Source: Synechococcus sp. (GTDB lineage Bacteria > Cyanobacteriota > Cyanobacteriia > PCC-6307 > Cyanobiaceae). Taken from it: a stretch of DNA of 64,000 bases. The notes beneath the pieces are model-generated. The model worked only from the letters and a program-made list of their open reading frames with translations. It was not told the origin of the DNA and ran no database searches. This document shows, in pieces, positions 42,376 to 54,444 of the stretch (its first letter is position 1; each line of letters opens with the position of its first letter). Where the stretch lies: NCBI GenBank assembly GCA_049619435.1, contig JBMZMY010000004.1, positions 318-64,317 on the forward strand, read 5' to 3'. Made by a program: the position numbers and the translations under genes.

Positions 42376-45300
42376 TCAGCCGGTGTTGCGCATTCCAGCG
42401 GCGATGCCATTCAGGGTCAGCAGTGCTCCGCGGAGTAGCTCGCTGCGGCTGTAGGTGCGGCCGTCATCACTGGAGCTGGCCGACTCGCTCATGGGTGGCT
42501 GACGGTTCTGATCGCGGAGGCGCTTGAGCAGAGCCACCTGGAGGAAGCCGAGGGGGACGATGGTGCGGTTCCGCAGATCAACGGACAGCTGCAACCCCTG
42601 ATCGGCGGCGAGCAGCCTTGATTGCCCAGTGATCTGAAGCACGAGCTTGCGGGTCAGCGTGTACTCGTCGGCAATGACCTGGAAGATGCGCTCAAAGGAC
42701 TCGCGGTTTTCGGCAGCTCCCAGACTGGTCATGTAATGACGAGCCAGATCGAGATCCACCTTGGAGAGGGTCATCTCCACTTTGGAGATCAGCATCCGGA
42801 AGAAGGGCCAGCGTTGATGCAGGCGGCGGAGTAGATCGAGTTGCTCTGGATCTGAGTCCATCTCACTGGCGAGGGCGGTGCCGACGCCGAACCAGCTGGG
42901 CAGCAGAAAGCGGCTCTGGGTCCAGCCGAAGACCCAAGGGATCGCTCTGAGGCTGGACAGGTCCTTGGCGCCGGATTTGCGACGGGCTGGCCGGCTGGAA
43001 ATTTGCAGCTTGCTGATTTCTTCGATGGGTGTGACCTGCTGGAAAAACGCCACCAGATCGGGGTTGTCGTGCACCAGGGCCCGGTAGTGCTCGCGAGACC
43101 GCGTCGCCAGTCGAGCCATGAGTTGATTCCAGCTGGGGGTGGCATCCAGTTGGTTGGTGACCAGGCTGTTTTGCACCACCGCCGTGGTGAGGGTTTCGAG
43201 GTTGTACAGCGCCAGCTCGGGCAGGCTGTACTTCGAGGCCAGAACTTCGCCCTGCTCGGTGATCTTGATCCGACCTTGGAGCGTTCCGCTTGGTTGAGCC
43301 AGGATCGCTTGATAGGCGGGGCCACCCCCACGACCGACGGAACCGCCGCGGCCGTGGAAGAGGCGCAGGGCAACACCATGGCGGCTGCCGAGGTCCTGAA
43401 GAGCGATCTGGGCCTGGTGAATCTCCCAGTTGCTGGAAAGGAAGCCGGAATCCTTATTGCTATCGGAATAGCCGAGCATCAATTCCTGCAGGGGAAGGTG
43501 CTGCGCTCCCGTCAAAGGAAGCAGCTTGCGGTACAGCTCGGTCTCCAGCAGGTTCTCCATCACACCGGGAGCACGCTGGAGGTCTTCCACGGTCTCGAAC
43601 AAGGGCACCACCAGCAGGGAGGCATGGCCGCCCAGGGGGTCCACAAGACCAGCCTCCTTCGCGAGCAGCATCACCTCCAGAAGGTCGGAGGCGGTGTGAC
43701 TCATTGAAATCACATAGGTGTTGCAGATCCGTTGGCCGAATTCAGCCTGGAGACGCTGCAGCATCCGGAAGACTGCAATGGTCTCAGCGGTGGCGGCACT
43801 CCAGTCGACGGCGGCAGGAATCAGGGGGCGACGGGTGGCCAACTCCTTGAGCAGCCAGCTGACCCGTTCGGCTTCAGTCATCTCGCCATAGGCCGTCTCC
43901 AGTTGCAGATACCGGGTCAGTTCGTCGATGGCGTCGCTGTGGCGGGTGCTCTCCTGCCGGATGTCCAGGCTGGCGAGGGAGAACCCGAAGATGTGCACCT
44001 GGTGCAGCAGGGTTTCCAGGGGTTCACAACTCAGCTCCGTGCTGACGAGGCTGTTGCGGATCAGTTCCAGATCGATCCGGAATTCGTCAATGGTGCTGTA
44101 GTGCAGCGGATCGCCATTGGGTAGTGGGCTGGCGGACCCATCGTCGACGTCCTGGGGAGACTGCCACCCGGCTTCGGCGAGTTGGTTGTTGCGCTTTAGC
44201 GTCAGCTGCAGACGCTCGAGGACGTAACTGAGTTTCAGCCGATAGGGCTCCAGCCGGTACCGCGCTGCGAGCTCTTCGTAGATCTCCGGGAAGCGGAGGC
44301 GATCCATCTCCAGGGATTCCAGAAGTGGTGCGCCGACCTGACTCCATTGCATGGAGATGCTCAGCTGATTGCGCAGGTCTCCGACCGAGCTGACGTAGCG
44401 CTCGAGCATCAGTTGCCGCTGATAGCAAGCGGTTCGCCAGGTGATGGCCGGGGTCACCGATGGATTTCCGTCGCGATCGGAGCCGACCCAGGAGCCGAAG
44501 GTGCAGAACGAGGCCTGTGGGAAACGGACGTCGGGGTAGCTGCTGCTCAGCGCTGACGTGAGCCGACGCCGCATCTGAGGCATCGCATCGAACAGCACCT
44601 GCTGGAAGTAATGGAGGGTGGAATCGACCTCGTCAAGCACAGTTGGTTTGAACTGGTGCAGTTCATCGGTGCGCCACCACAGTTGGATTTCCTCTTCCAA
44701 CTGTTGGCGGAGATTCTCACGCTCTTGCAGAGAAACCGTGTGGTCGGACTGAAGCCGCTGCAGCAGCGTCGCCACACGCCGCTGCTTGTGGCGCACCGTA
44801 TGACGCACGATTTCAGTGGGGTGCGCTGTGAACACCAGGCGGATGTCCAGCTCTTGAAGGAGCGCTTCCACCTGCGCTGGAGGAACGTTCAGCCGTCTGA
44901 GTCGCTGAAACAGTTCCCCGAAGGTGGCCGGATTGGTTTGGCTGGCCAGGGGTGGGGCGAAGGGATCAAAGGCGTCTTTGTCGGCTCCGGCCTCCAGCCC
45001 CTTCGCCTGGATGCCGGGGGTGAGGCTGTCGAGATAGCTGTCTTCCTCGATGCGCTGTTCGAGGATGTTGATCAGCTGGAAGTAGAGCGAAAACGCTCGG
45101 GCCGCGGCGATCGCTTCCGAGAGATCCATGGCCTTGATCAGGGCCACAATCGCGTCGCTGGTGCTGCTGCCATCGCGCCCTTCGAGCGCAACAGGATCGC
45201 TCAGCTGTTTGAGGCGCAGCAAACGTTCGCTCTGTTCGGCGGGACATTCACTGCGTAGAACGGTTTGCCAGAGGTCTTCCACGAGCTCCAGACGCTGTTG

Positions 45301-45417
45301 CAGCAAGCGACCAGCAACGGCGTCCCCACCATTGGCCCGGGCCTGATCGCCCTCGGGTGCAGTTGTGGTGGGCTGGGGCATCGATGCTGGATCTGGAGTG
45401 GGTCTGGCCATGATCAT
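42376..45417 (-). CDS. ppc: Phosphoenolpyruvate carboxylase
   Basis: [44 protein letters not shown]-terminal MRNTG. Confidence 0.99.
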   Translation of the reverse strand: MIMARPTPDPASMPQPTTTAPEGDQARANGGDAVAGRLLQQRLELVEDLWQTVLRSECPAEQSERLLRLKQLSDPVALEGRDGSSTSDAIVALIKAMDLSEAIAAARAFSLYFQLINILEQRIEEDSYLDSLTPGIQAKGLEAGADKDAFDPFAPPLASQTNPATFGELFQRLRRLNVPPAQVEALLQELDIRLVFTAHPTEIVRHTVRHKQRRVATLLQRLQSDHTVSLQERENLRQQLEEEIQLWWRTDELHQFKPTVLDEVDSTLHYFQQVLFDAMPQMRRRLTSALSSSYPDVRFPQASFCTFGSWVGSDRDGNPSVTPAITWRTACYQRQLMLERYVSSVGDLRNQLSISMQWSQVGAPLLESLEMDRLRFPEIYEELAARYRLEPYRLKLSYVLERLQLTLKRNNQLAEAGWQSPQDVDDGSASPLPNGDPLHYSTIDEFRIDLELIRNSLVSTELSCEPLETLLHQVHIFGFSLASLDIRQESTRHSDAIDELTRYLQLETAYGEMTEAERVSWLLKELATRRPLIPAAVDWSAATAETIAVFRMLQRLQAEFGQRICNTYVISMSHTASDLLEVMLLAKEAGLVDPLGGHASLLVVPLFETVEDLQRAPGVMENLLETELYRKLLPLTGAQHLPLQELMLGYSDSNKDSGFLSSNWEIHQAQIALQDLGSRHGVALRLFHGRGGSVGRGGGPAYQAILAQPSGTLQGRIKITEQGEVLASKYSLPELALYNLETLTTAVVQNSLVTNQLDATPSWNQLMARLATRSREHYRALVHDNPDLVAFFQQVTPIEEISKLQISSRPARRKSGAKDLSSLRAIPWVFGWTQSRFLLPSWFGVGTALASEMDSDPEQLDLLRRLHQRWPFFRMLISKVEMTLSKVDLDLARHYMTSLGAAENRESFERIFQVIADEYTLTRKLVLQITGQSRLLAADQGLQLSVDLRNRTIVPLGFLQVALLKRLRDQNRQPPMSESASSSDDGRTYSRSELLRGALLTLNGIAAGMRNTG

Positions 45418-46547
45418 CCCAAAGAGGGTCTCTGGGTCTGCTCCTGACGTTCCATGGCCAGGGCTCCATCGCGGATCAAATCACTGATGGACGCTCCAGC
45501 TTGGACCTGCTTCAGCCATTGCATGGCTTGATTGCCAGCGGTGAGCATGGCCTCGATCACCGACAGATGGGGCGTCATCGCCAGCTCGTCGGCAAGGGGT
45601 CGCAGCTCGCGAACCAGGTTCCGAATCCAGTCGGAGCACTGCACTGGATCACCGGTTTGCCAATGACGCAGGGTGGCCTGGAGGCTGTTGCCCGCCGCCG
45701 CTGCATCGTTGGTATCCGCCAAGTTCATCAGCTGCTCCGCAGACAGGGGGCTCGCTGCCAGGGGATCCAGCCGTTCGGGCTCGCGGATCAACTGCTGGAT
45801 GCGCAACTCGAGCAGAGCGGTGATCGCGAGCAGTTCAACCGGATCCGTGACGAGATCGCAGATGCGCAGCTCCAAGCGATTGAGCTCATACGGACGGCGT
45901 GGACCATTGGGCCGGACCGACGTCCAGAGATGGCGCTCGTTCCACATCGCACCGCTGGATAACTGTTCCAGCACCCAAGCGATGTAGTGGTCGTGGTCAT
46001 GGAACAGAGGCACGGAGCTCGGCGTCAGAGGGAACTGATGCCACCGCTGAGAATGGTGCTGGCAGCATTCGCCGGCGAGGAAGGGTGAGCTGGCACTCAG
46101 CGCCAGATAAAGGGCAGCTTCGCAACGCACCAGTCGCACGGCCGCGAAGATCAGGCCTGGATCGTCCAGCCCGAGGTTGATGTGGATGCTCGCTGTTACG
46201 ACCCGGGTGCCATAGGTCTGTTCGATCAGGCCGTGATACGGATTGTCCGGGTTGGATCGTTCGAAGCGACTGTTGTCACCGAGGCTGAGGGTGCTGCCGG
46301 GCAACAGGGTGAGTCCCTTCGGTGACAGCCACTGGCGCAGCTCACGTCTGGGTGCCAGCAACGCGTCATGCAGAGCTCCGTAATCGCGTAACGGGTCGGT
46401 GATGTATTCGAGATTGCGGTGATCGGGTTCGGTGACAAAGCCCGGCAGATCCTTGGCCACCGCGGAGGACACGCCAACGTTCTCCCCTGTGGGACGTCCG
46501 GTGAACAATTCGACCTCAAAGCCTTTCTGCAGCAGGGCGGTGGTCAT
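45414..46547 (-). CDS. gshA: Glutamate-cysteine ligase, cyanobacterial type
   Basis: [50 protein letters not shown]; ATGA overlaps at both ends. Confidence 0.9.
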   Translation of the reverse strand: MTTALLQKGFEVELFTGRPTGENVGVSSAVAKDLPGFVTEPDHRNLEYITDPLRDYGALHDALLAPRRELRQWLSPKGLTLLPGSTLSLGDNSRFERSNPDNPYHGLIEQTYGTRVVTASIHINLGLDDPGLIFAAVRLVRCEAALYLALSASSPFLAGECCQHHSQRWHQFPLTPSSVPLFHDHDHYIAWVLEQLSSGAMWNERHLWTSVRPNGPRRPYELNRLELRICDLVTDPVELLAITALLELRIQQLIREPERLDPLAASPLSAEQLMNLADTNDAAAAGNSLQATLRHWQTGDPVQCSDWIRNLVRELRPLADELAMTPHLSVIEAMLTAGNQAMQWLKQVQAGASISDLIRDGALAMERQEQTQRPSLG

Positions 46548-48064
46548 GACTGGGACGGGTTCAGACAGGCCAAAGCCGTGAGCATGCCCTTGGCTTTGTT
46601 GAGGGTTTCCTGGAATTCCGCCTCGGGTTTGGAATCGGCCACCACCCCGGCTCCTGCCTGAACCTTGACGCGGCATCCGCCAGTCCCGTTCGGTTGAACC
46701 ACCATCGTTCGAATGGTGATCGCCGTATTCAGGGCACCGGCCAGATCGACGGAGCCGTAGACCCCTGAGTAAGGGCCCCGTGCATCGGGTTCGAGCTGAT
46801 TGATCAACTGCATGGCTCTGATCTTGGGTGCACCGCTCACGGTTCCTGCTGGGAATGCGGCCATCAACAGATCCAGCACATCGTGCTCTGGCGAGAGTCG
46901 TCCTTCCACCTGGCTGACGATGTGCATGACATGCGAATACCGCTCGATCACCATCAAGTCCTTGACCTCGACACTGCCGGGTTGGCAGACACGGCCGAGG
47001 TCGTTGCGCCCCAGGTCCACGAGCATCACGTGCTCAGCACGCTCTTTCGGGTCCGCCAGCAGGTCGGCTTCCAGTTCCCGATCCTCCAGGGGGGTGCGTC
47101 CACGGGGACGGGTGCCGGCAATGGGCCGAAGGCTGGCGCGAATACCGTCCGCTGCAGGCTCCGCCTGAACCATCACCTCTGGACTGGATCCAATCAGTTG
47201 CCAATCACCGAAGTCGTAAAACGCCATGTACGGCGAAGGATTGACCATCCGCAGGCTTCGGTAGAGCTCCAGAGGCTGCTGGGGGACATCCGCCTCCAGG
47301 CGTTGGCTGAGCACCAGCTGAAACACATCGCCGGCGGCGATGTGGTCCCGGGCCGTTTCGACGGCCGCCTCAAAGTTGCCCTGGCTGCGGTTGCTCTGGA
47401 CCGATGGCAGATCACCGGCATCGGCGGACCAGGTCAGCGGTTCAATGGCAGGCAACGGAGCGGTCATGCGCTCGCGCAGGGTTTGGATGTGGCTGATTGC
47501 GGCGTCCCAGGCGTGATCTGGATCCTGGCCATCACTGAGATCGGCGTAGGCCACTGCCGTGATGATCCGTTTGACCTGATCAAAAATCAGGATGGAGTCC
47601 ATCAACATCCAGATGCCATCGGGCGGGGCATCTAACGGACCGGTGTGCACACCAACACTCGGTTCGATCCAGCGAATCAGCTCATAGCCCCACATCCCAT
47701 AGAGCTGTCCAAGGGGGGGCAATCCCGGCAAGGATGCACAGCGATAGGGCTCCAGCAACGCTCGGAGACCATCAAAAGGATTTCCGTTGGACTGATCGCA
47801 ACGGCCATCGCGCCAGTTGCGCTGCAACACATCACCACGCGCCGATGCTGTCCAGAGCGGATCGCAGGCGACGACACTCCAACGGCCCAAGGTCTCTCCC
47901 CCTTCGACAGACTCCAAGAGAACGCCAGGAGGTCGGTTTGCCCCAACCTTGATCCAGGTTGTAAGCGGTGTTTCAAGATCCGCTGGCCAGCTCTGGGCCA
48001 GAGGAATCAGATTGAAACCGTTGGCGGCTGCCTGCCGAAAGGAGGCGCGATCAGGACTGAGCAT
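46544..48064 (-). CDS. trpE: Anthranilate synthase component I
   Basis: DLETPL, NPSPYM, PIAGTRPRG, EHVMLVDLGRND, FPAGTVSGAPK. Confidence 0.95.
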   Translation of the reverse strand: MLSPDRASFRQAAANGFNLIPLAQSWPADLETPLTTWIKVGANRPPGVLLESVEGGETLGRWSVVACDPLWTASARGDVLQRNWRDGRCDQSNGNPFDGLRALLEPYRCASLPGLPPLGQLYGMWGYELIRWIEPSVGVHTGPLDAPPDGIWMLMDSILIFDQVKRIITAVAYADLSDGQDPDHAWDAAISHIQTLRERMTAPLPAIEPLTWSADAGDLPSVQSNRSQGNFEAAVETARDHIAAGDVFQLVLSQRLEADVPQQPLELYRSLRMVNPSPYMAFYDFGDWQLIGSSPEVMVQAEPAADGIRASLRPIAGTRPRGRTPLEDRELEADLLADPKERAEHVMLVDLGRNDLGRVCQPGSVEVKDLMVIERYSHVMHIVSQVEGRLSPEHDVLDLLMAAFPAGTVSGAPKIRAMQLINQLEPDARGPYSGVYGSVDLAGALNTAITIRTMVVQPNGTGGCRVKVQAGAGVVADSKPEAEFQETLNKAKGMLTALACLNPSQS

Positions 48065-48125
48065 GCGCGCATCTTGGCAGCGTCACCGACAGCCTTGGAC
48101 CATCGGTGACGTTTGCCGGAAGGAA

Positions 48126-48557
48126 TCAGGCGTCGAAGGTGTTGCGACCGCTGAACTTGATGTTGGCTGGGTTGGTGTTCTGACCGATGCGGCGAGCGTT
48201 GTGACCGACCATGGTGCGTCCCTCGTTCACTTTCTCCGGGAACACGCCGTCTGCGGGGTGCAGGTACTCGGTGTCGCCACCGGGGAAGATCCGATAGATC
48301 TTGTAGTCCTCAATCCGGGGCTTGAACTTGGTGCGCAGCTGGGTGCCGAGAGCCAGGCACTGCTCCTTACGAGCGAAATACATGATGTTGTCGCCGGAGT
48401 TCATCATCGCGGCGCCGCCGGTGGGCAGCTCAAAGGCCTGAGCGCTGTTGCTGGACCAGGTGATCGCGTATTTCTCTTCGGTCTCTGCGGAATTCAGCAG
48501 ACCGCCTGTGCTGCCGATGAACTGAGGAAGCTGACCATTCAACGCCGATGCTGCCAT
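48126..48557 (-). CDS. psaD: Photosystem I subunit II
   Basis: [37 protein letters not shown]. Confidence 0.99.
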   Translation of the reverse strand: MAASALNGQLPQFIGSTGGLLNSAETEEKYAITWSSNSAQAFELPTGGAAMMNSGDNIMYFARKEQCLALGTQLRTKFKPRIEDYKIYRIFPGGDTEYLHPADGVFPEKVNEGRTMVGHNARRIGQNTNPANIKFSGRNTFDA

Positions 48558-48662
48558 GGCTGAGTAATCCAGACGGGCCGTTACGGCTGGAAAGTAGCAC
48601 CGTGATCAGGGCAAAATCTTGCCTCCGAAAGCATCCTTCACACCCGTCAACAAAGCTCCCGG

Positions 48663-50021
48663 TCAGCCCAGTTCCGGGTCCGTTGCCACGGGGAAGAACA
48701 CCGTCAGGCTGCGGTCATGGAGTTGTCGATAGCGACCGCCCAGGCTGGCCATCAATTGACGTGTCGCGTGCTGACTGAGTTGCAGACTCCCGGTGGCTGG
48801 ATTCCAGCTCAGCACCGGACCTACCTGCGCCTGTTCGCTGCCGCGGCTTGAACCAGTCGCGTCACCCTCGTTATCCCGATCCGGTTGTCGCACCAGAATC
48901 TGCAGCTTGAGGCGGGCACCTGCCGCACTGAGGACCAATTCCAGGCGACTTCCCGGGCTGAGGCCGCGGCTGGTGCGGTCGATCAGGCCGCCGAGCATCG
49001 GTTCCAGTCGTCGTGGATCGCTCAGGACCATCGGCAGCTGTGGGGCCAGATCGAGGTCAAGGTTGACCCCGCGCCGATCGAGCTGATCATTCCAACCCGG
49101 CGCCAGGGCTTCCAGAATCGCCCCGAGGTCGGTGCGGGCCAGTGTTGCTTCGCCGGGTTGGCGCTGCAGCTCCGCGGCGTGGAAGATCAGCCCGAAGCGA
49201 TCGATCTGCTCGCTGCACTCCACATCGATCTGTTGCAGCCGTTGATGCACGACTGAGGGGAGGTCACGGCGGCGCAGCAGGGACCGAATCAGGGTGCGGA
49301 TCGTGGCCAGGGGGGTGCGCACCTCATGGGTCAACGCTTCCAGCAGGGACAGCTCCTGGTCGTCATCGCTGGCCACGGCTTCGGATGGGGCCGGAGCGGC
49401 CTGCAGCGTGATGCTCGGAGCCATGGTGGTCAGTCGTTCTGCGACCTGGGGCCAGAAGCGGTCGCTCCAGCGTTCATCAGCGTGGAGTGGCCCGAGGGAT
49501 TCCAGCTCCTGCTGAAGCGTTGTTGCTTGGTCTGGATCCTGGTCGCGCAGCCGTCGACCGATCAGAGCCAGAGCGTCGCTCAGGGTCGGTGGATCGGAAC
49601 GCATCAACAGCTGGCGCTGCCCATCGGGTCCATGCAGGGCGAGGGCCACCTGGAGCTGCGGTGTGATCACTAGCAGGAACGGATCGTCGCCATCGTCGGC
49701 GCGAAGCGGCAGGCGTGAGAAGCGGTGAACGGCTTGGGCTCCTCCCCCAGGCAGTGTTCGTTCGAGGGCCGTCAGCCGTTCGAGGGACTCCGGCGCCCAG
49801 ACCCATCCCCGGAGCTGACTGATCAGCGATGGCGCATACAGCGCGGGCAAGGGCGCCGCCAGCCAGACCCCCCGCTGCTGATCCGACTGACCCACCAGAG
49901 TTTGTTGCAGGGTTTCCAGTGCCGCCCACCAGAGTCGTCGAGCACCGGCGTCATCGCAGCCGCCGGAGGGCACCTCCGTCGCCAGTCGGCTCCGCAGGGT
50001 ATGGAAGCTGGCTTCACTCAT
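48663..50021 (-). CDS. Sensor histidine kinase, Hik2/CSK-like
   Basis: HEVRTPLATIRTL H-box, ECSEQIDRFGLIF, WNPATGSLQLS. Confidence 0.85.
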   Translation of the reverse strand: MSEASFHTLRSRLATEVPSGGCDDAGARRLWWAALETLQQTLVGQSDQQRGVWLAAPLPALYAPSLISQLRGWVWAPESLERLTALERTLPGGGAQAVHRFSRLPLRADDGDDPFLLVITPQLQVALALHGPDGQRQLLMRSDPPTLSDALALIGRRLRDQDPDQATTLQQELESLGPLHADERWSDRFWPQVAERLTTMAPSITLQAAPAPSEAVASDDDQELSLLEALTHEVRTPLATIRTLIRSLLRRRDLPSVVHQRLQQIDVECSEQIDRFGLIFHAAELQRQPGEATLARTDLGAILEALAPGWNDQLDRRGVNLDLDLAPQLPMVLSDPRRLEPMLGGLIDRTSRGLSPGSRLELVLSAAGARLKLQILVRQPDRDNEGDATGSSRGSEQAQVGPVLSWNPATGSLQLSQHATRQLMASLGGRYRQLHDRSLTVFFPVATDPELG

Positions 50022-51328
50022 CGGCGCAGCAAGTTAAGGCGCCTGCTCTGCCTCACAACGGAGAGGCAGAGTCCGAGTGCCATGAAGTTGACCACCATCG
50101 CTGAGCGTCCATAGCTCAGGAATGGCAAGGGGATTCCAGTCACGGGGCCGAGGCCGATGGTCATGAAGATGTTCACCACCACCTGGAACATGATCATCGT
50201 GCCGATGCCGATCACCACCAGGGATTCGAAGTCGGTGCGGGCATGGCGCGCCACTTGAAGCAGACGGCCCATCAGCACTGCAAAGCCCACGATCACCAGC
50301 AGGCATCCCACAAAGCCGGTTTCCTCGCCGAGGGCGCTGAAGATGAAGTCGGTGTGTTGTTCGGGGATAAAGCGCAGCTTGGTGAGTTGTCCCTGCAGCA
50401 ATCCAGTCCCGAACAGCCCTCCGGAGCCGATGCCGACCGTGCTTTGCAGAAGGTGATATCCCCCGCCCAGGGGATCTTTGCTGGGGTCGAGAAACAGCAC
50501 CAGACGGTCGCGCTGATAGTCCTGAAGCACCACACCCCAGAGGATCGGGCTCAAGATCAACGTGCACAGTTGGATGAGTCCCATGGCCATGGCGGCCAGC
50601 CGTTTCCACGGCAGCGATCGGTAGGCGAGATAGGCCGTGATCAGGGCCCAAACCGCTAGGCCCACCCAGATGGGTGTGGTCTGCTCAGCGAAGGCCTGGT
50701 TGATGACACTGGCCAGGTTCGTTGCCTGCAGTCCTTCCCAGGGAAGTTGCAGCGACAGCAGAACCGTGAGCAGAGGAGACAGCAGCAGGATGACCCATTC
50801 CAGGGGCATCCCAGACCAATAGAGCATCGTCAGCATCAAGGCCCCGAACACCAGTGAGGTCCCGAGATCCGGCTGGATGAAGACCAACAGCCACGGGATT
50901 GAAATCACCCCGAGGGGGCGGAACAGGTCGACGGGGCGCTCCACCGGGTGGCGCTCCAGAACAGCTGCCACCAGAAGAATGGCTGCGATCTTTGCGAATT
51001 CAGAGGGCTGAACATGAATGCCGCCGATGCTGAGCCAGCGCTGAGCCCCTAGGGCCGTGGTGCCGACCAGCCGAACGGCAACCAGGCTGGCCACGGTCAG
51101 GCCGTAGAGCGGCAGCAGAAACGTCTGCAAGCGCTGCAGCGGCACCTGTCGCAGCACCAACGCGATGAACACGCCGCCGAGGCCCGTCAGCCAATGGTCG
51201 GTCCAGGCGGCGTAGTCAGCCTGGCGCTGGGTGCTGGCGATCAAGACACCGGCGATGGCCACCATGGCGAGCGGAATTCCCCAGAGAATCCAGTCCCGCT
51301 GTGGCCCCCGTCGGCGTCTGGAGCCCAT
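50018..51328 (-). CDS. rodA: Rod shape-determining SEDS protein RodA
   Basis: GAQRW, QPSEFAK, QPDLGT, PEQHTDFIF, TGIPLPFLSYG. Confidence 0.93.
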   Translation of the reverse strand: MGSRRRRGPQRDWILWGIPLAMVAIAGVLIASTQRQADYAAWTDHWLTGLGGVFIALVLRQVPLQRLQTFLLPLYGLTVASLVAVRLVGTTALGAQRWLSIGGIHVQPSEFAKIAAILLVAAVLERHPVERPVDLFRPLGVISIPWLLVFIQPDLGTSLVFGALMLTMLYWSGMPLEWVILLLSPLLTVLLSLQLPWEGLQATNLASVINQAFAEQTTPIWVGLAVWALITAYLAYRSLPWKRLAAMAMGLIQLCTLILSPILWGVVLQDYQRDRLVLFLDPSKDPLGGGYHLLQSTVGIGSGGLFGTGLLQGQLTKLRFIPEQHTDFIFSALGEETGFVGCLLVIVGFAVLMGRLLQVARHARTDFESLVVIGIGTMIMFQVVVNIFMTIGLGPVTGIPLPFLSYGRSAMVVNFMALGLCLSVVRQSRRLNLLRR

Positions 51329-51330
51329 CG

Positions 51331-52407
51331 TCAGGACGGTTGGCTGACCTGCTGAAGCACGCGGTTCGCTAGGCCCAGAAACTCGACAGCACTGGGGGAC
51401 TCGGCTCGGCTGAGCACGATGGGTCGCCCGGTATCGCCACCTTCTTGAACAGGCATTTCCATCGGGATCTGTGCCAGCAGTGGGACGTCGTAATCACTGG
51501 CCAGCTCAGACCCCCCGCCGCTGCCAAACAGGGCGTAACGACGATCCGGCAGATCTGGCGGGATGAAGGCACTCATGTTCTCAACAACGCCCAACACGGG
51601 AATGCCCATCTGGCGGAACATCGCCAGGCCGCGGCGGGCATCTTGCAGGGAGACCTGTTGGGGGGTGGTCACGATCACAACACCTGCCATCGGGACCGCC
51701 TGGGCCAGGGACAGCTGGGCATCACCGGTGCCCGGTGGCAGGTCCACGACCAGGACATCCCGCTCACCCCAGTCCGCTTGGTAAAGGAACTGTCGGATGA
51801 TGCCGTTGAGCATGGGGCCGCGCCAGATCACCGGCTGGTGGTCATCGATTAGGAGTCCCATTGAGACCATCCCGATCCCACAGCTTTCGATCGGAATGAT
51901 GCGCTGTTGATCACCGCTGCCTTCGACCTGTGGGGTCTGATCGGCGACACCGAGCATCGTCGGGGCATTGGGGCCGTAGATGTCGGCATCCAGCAGTCCC
52001 ACCTTCAGGCCCGACTGGGCGAGGGCGCAGGCCAGGTTGACGGCCACCGTGCTCTTCCCCACGCCGCCTTTGCCGCTGCTGACGGCAATCACCTGACGCA
52101 CGCCGGGAATTGCTTGGCGTTCGGCGGGTTGGCCATGGCCGGCCTGGCCGATGCCGCCTTGGCTTGGGGCCGAACCGATCTCGATTTGAACATCGTCGAT
52201 CCCCTCCAGCTTCAGCAGGGCATCCCGGGCTTCCGTCGCGATGCGATCGCGCTGGCCTTGGGCGAAGCCGGGCAGGTTGAGACGAAAGATGGCGCGTGGA
52301 GAGACCACCCGCACCTGGTCAATCCAGCCAAGCTCCAGGGCCGATCGTCCGCTCCCAGCGTCTTTAACGGCGTCGAGTACGCCCTGTGCCTGCTCGGCCG
52401 AGACCAT
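51331..52407 (-). CDS. mrp: Mrp/ApbC (HCF101-like) Fe-S cluster carrier ATPase
   Basis: GKGGVGKST, DADIYGP, WRGPM, DLPPGTGD, VENMS. Confidence 0.93.
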   Translation of the reverse strand: MVSAEQAQGVLDAVKDAGSGRSALELGWIDQVRVVSPRAIFRLNLPGFAQGQRDRIATEARDALLKLEGIDDVQIEIGSAPSQGGIGQAGHGQPAERQAIPGVRQVIAVSSGKGGVGKSTVAVNLACALAQSGLKVGLLDADIYGPNAPTMLGVADQTPQVEGSGDQQRIIPIESCGIGMVSMGLLIDDHQPVIWRGPMLNGIIRQFLYQADWGERDVLVVDLPPGTGDAQLSLAQAVPMAGVVIVTTPQQVSLQDARRGLAMFRQMGIPVLGVVENMSAFIPPDLPDRRYALFGSGGGSELASDYDVPLLAQIPMEMPVQEGGDTGRPIVLSRAESPSAVEFLGLANRVLQQVSQPS

Positions 52408-52526
52408 CGATTCAAGTTGTGCGAGCCGGATCCTAGAAGCGCTCTCCCGTGACAGTCCCTCACGGAGCCTTGTCGGGGCCTGGGCTGACCTGTTTAGGTT
52501 TCCTGACTCACCCCTTTGATCGGCGC

Positions 52527-53615
52527 ATGGTTCGCTCCCTGATACGACGCCTTCGCGGACGCGAAACGACGGGCGCGACCATGCCGCAACTGGCGTTGCC
52601 TCCCAAGGATTCCCGTGAGCGGGCCCGGGCCATGGTGATGGGCCTGCAGGACGAAATCTGTGCCGGCCTTGAGGCTTTGGATGGTGAAGGTCGGTTCGTT
52701 GAAGAAAGCTGGGATCGTCCGGAAGGGGGTGGCGGGCGTTCCCGTGTGATGCGTGAGGGCCGTGTTTTTGAGCAGGGCGGGGTCAACTTCTCGGAAGTTC
52801 AAGGCCAGGAGCTGCCGCCTTCCATCCTCAAGCAACGCCCGGAAGCCAAGGGACACCCCTGGTTTGCCACCGGAACCTCCATGGTTCTGCACCCCCGTAA
52901 CCCCTACATCCCCACCGTTCACCTCAACTACCGCTACTTCGAGGCCGGTCCCGTCTGGTGGTTTGGTGGTGGTGCTGACCTGACCCCGTATTACCCCTTC
53001 CTGGATGACGCGCGTCATTTTCATCGGACCCATCAGGCGGCCTGTGATTCCGTGCATCCCGATCTGCACAAGGTGTTCAAGCCCTGGTGTGATGAGTACT
53101 TCTTTCTGAAGCATCGGGATGAAACCCGAGGTGTCGGGGGGATTTTTTACGACTATCAGGATTCCAGCGGTGTGCTGTACAAGGGGCAGGATCCCCAGGG
53201 CCCGGCAGCCAAGGTGTCGTCAGAACTGGGGGCTCGCCCTCTGAATTGGGAGCAGTTGTTTGCCCTGGGGCAAGCCAATGGTCGGGCCTTCCTACCCGCC
53301 TATGCGCCGATTGTGGAGAAGCGTCACCCGATGGCGTACGGCGAACGGGAGCGCGACTTCCAGCTGTATCGGCGTGGACGTTATGTGGAGTTCAACCTGG
53401 TTTGGGATCGCGGCACCATTTTTGGCCTGCAAACCAATGGTCGGACCGAGTCGATCCTGATGTCGCTGCCTCCTCTGGTGCGCTGGGAATACGGCTACAA
53501 GGCCGAGGAGGGGTCCAGGGAGGCTTTGCTGACCGATCTATTCACCAAGCCCCAGGATTGGTTGGGAGATGCCTCACTCGATGAGCGTTGTCGCCCCCAT
53601 CAGGCGATCAACTGA
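52527..53615 (+). CDS. hemF: Oxygen-dependent coproporphyrinogen III oxidase
   Basis: [42 protein letters not shown]. Confidence 0.97.
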   Translation: MVRSLIRRLRGRETTGATMPQLALPPKDSRERARAMVMGLQDEICAGLEALDGEGRFVEESWDRPEGGGGRSRVMREGRVFEQGGVNFSEVQGQELPPSILKQRPEAKGHPWFATGTSMVLHPRNPYIPTVHLNYRYFEAGPVWWFGGGADLTPYYPFLDDARHFHRTHQAACDSVHPDLHKVFKPWCDEYFFLKHRDETRGVGGIFYDYQDSSGVLYKGQDPQGPAAKVSSELGARPLNWEQLFALGQANGRAFLPAYAPIVEKRHPMAYGERERDFQLYRRGRYVEFNLVWDRGTIFGLQTNGRTESILMSLPPLVRWEYGYKAEEGSREALLTDLFTKPQDWLGDASLDERCRPHQAIN

Positions 53616-54441
53616 CGCCCTTCACCAGTGCGTTCACCACTCGGTCGGCCAGGCATGTCACGGTCTGGTCCCGTGTGGCGGGGTTGCGCAGCTTGGTCTC
53701 GAGTGGTGGCTCGAGCATGCCGATTTCCAAAATTCCGATCCCGCGCCTCGGTCCACCGAGGCCGCCGCGGAAGTGGCGTGGAAAGCGTCCAAAGGCTCGT
53801 CCGAGTTCTTCATCCACCCGATTGAGTGGACGGTTGATTGCGGGAATCAGTCCGGACCCAAAGCCATAGGGCCGGTAAGCATCGAAATGGATCTCGAGGA
53901 TGTACTCCCCTCGGGCTGAGAGTGTTTTGGCTTGAGACCAATTGGTGCGGGGGTCGTCGTCGTTGCGGATGGTGAGCGCCGGTGGTCGGTACCCGCGGAT
54001 GTTGAGCCCTGCCTGTTTCCCTTGGCGCACCACGGCCTCCTGGACTTGGATGTTCCAAAACAGTTCATCGCGCATTGAGGCCTTCATCGGCCGTTGATGT
54101 TGGACATCAACGGCATAGCCGGGGGTTCCGGCACTGGGCATGTTCTGGGAGTCGGCATGCCCGGCCATCACAACGATGGGCAGGGTTGGGCTGACGGCCT
54201 GACGTCCCAGCCAGCGGCCTGGTTGTTTGGTCCGTGGCCCCAGCAGAGGATCGGGCTGACCTGCTGTTGGACAGGTGGCCAGTGGTTCCGTGGGGCGGAT
54301 GGTGGCTTTGGGTGCGTCCGGTAGCCAATTGTTGGCCTTCGGAGGTCCCTCGGCGGCTTCAGCCAGCACCATCAGGCTGATGACGCTGATCAGCAGGGGC
54401 AGTGAGACCCTCCGACGTCGCAGCCAGGTGTGGATCGGCAT
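53608..54441 (-). CDS. Exported protein, putative divergent Amidase_3 (MurNAc-L-Ala amidase) fold
   Basis: N-terminal signal/TM helix; VMAGH...E...EIHFDA...ILEIG pattern. Confidence 0.6.
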   Translation of the reverse strand: MPIHTWLRRRRVSLPLLISVISLMVLAEAAEGPPKANNWLPDAPKATIRPTEPLATCPTAGQPDPLLGPRTKQPGRWLGRQAVSPTLPIVVMAGHADSQNMPSAGTPGYAVDVQHQRPMKASMRDELFWNIQVQEAVVRQGKQAGLNIRGYRPPALTIRNDDDPRTNWSQAKTLSARGEYILEIHFDAYRPYGFGSGLIPAINRPLNRVDEELGRAFGRFPRHFRGGLGGPRRGIGILEIGMLEPPLETKLRNPATRDQTVTCLADRVVNALVKGVS

Positions 54442-54444
54442 GGT

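Noticed and set aside
48637-48654. RpaB/HLR1-like direct repeat upstream of psaD (TTCACACC-CG-TCAACAAA)
   Set aside because: Too many mismatches to the (G/T)TTACA(T/A)(T/A) consensus to support without comparative data
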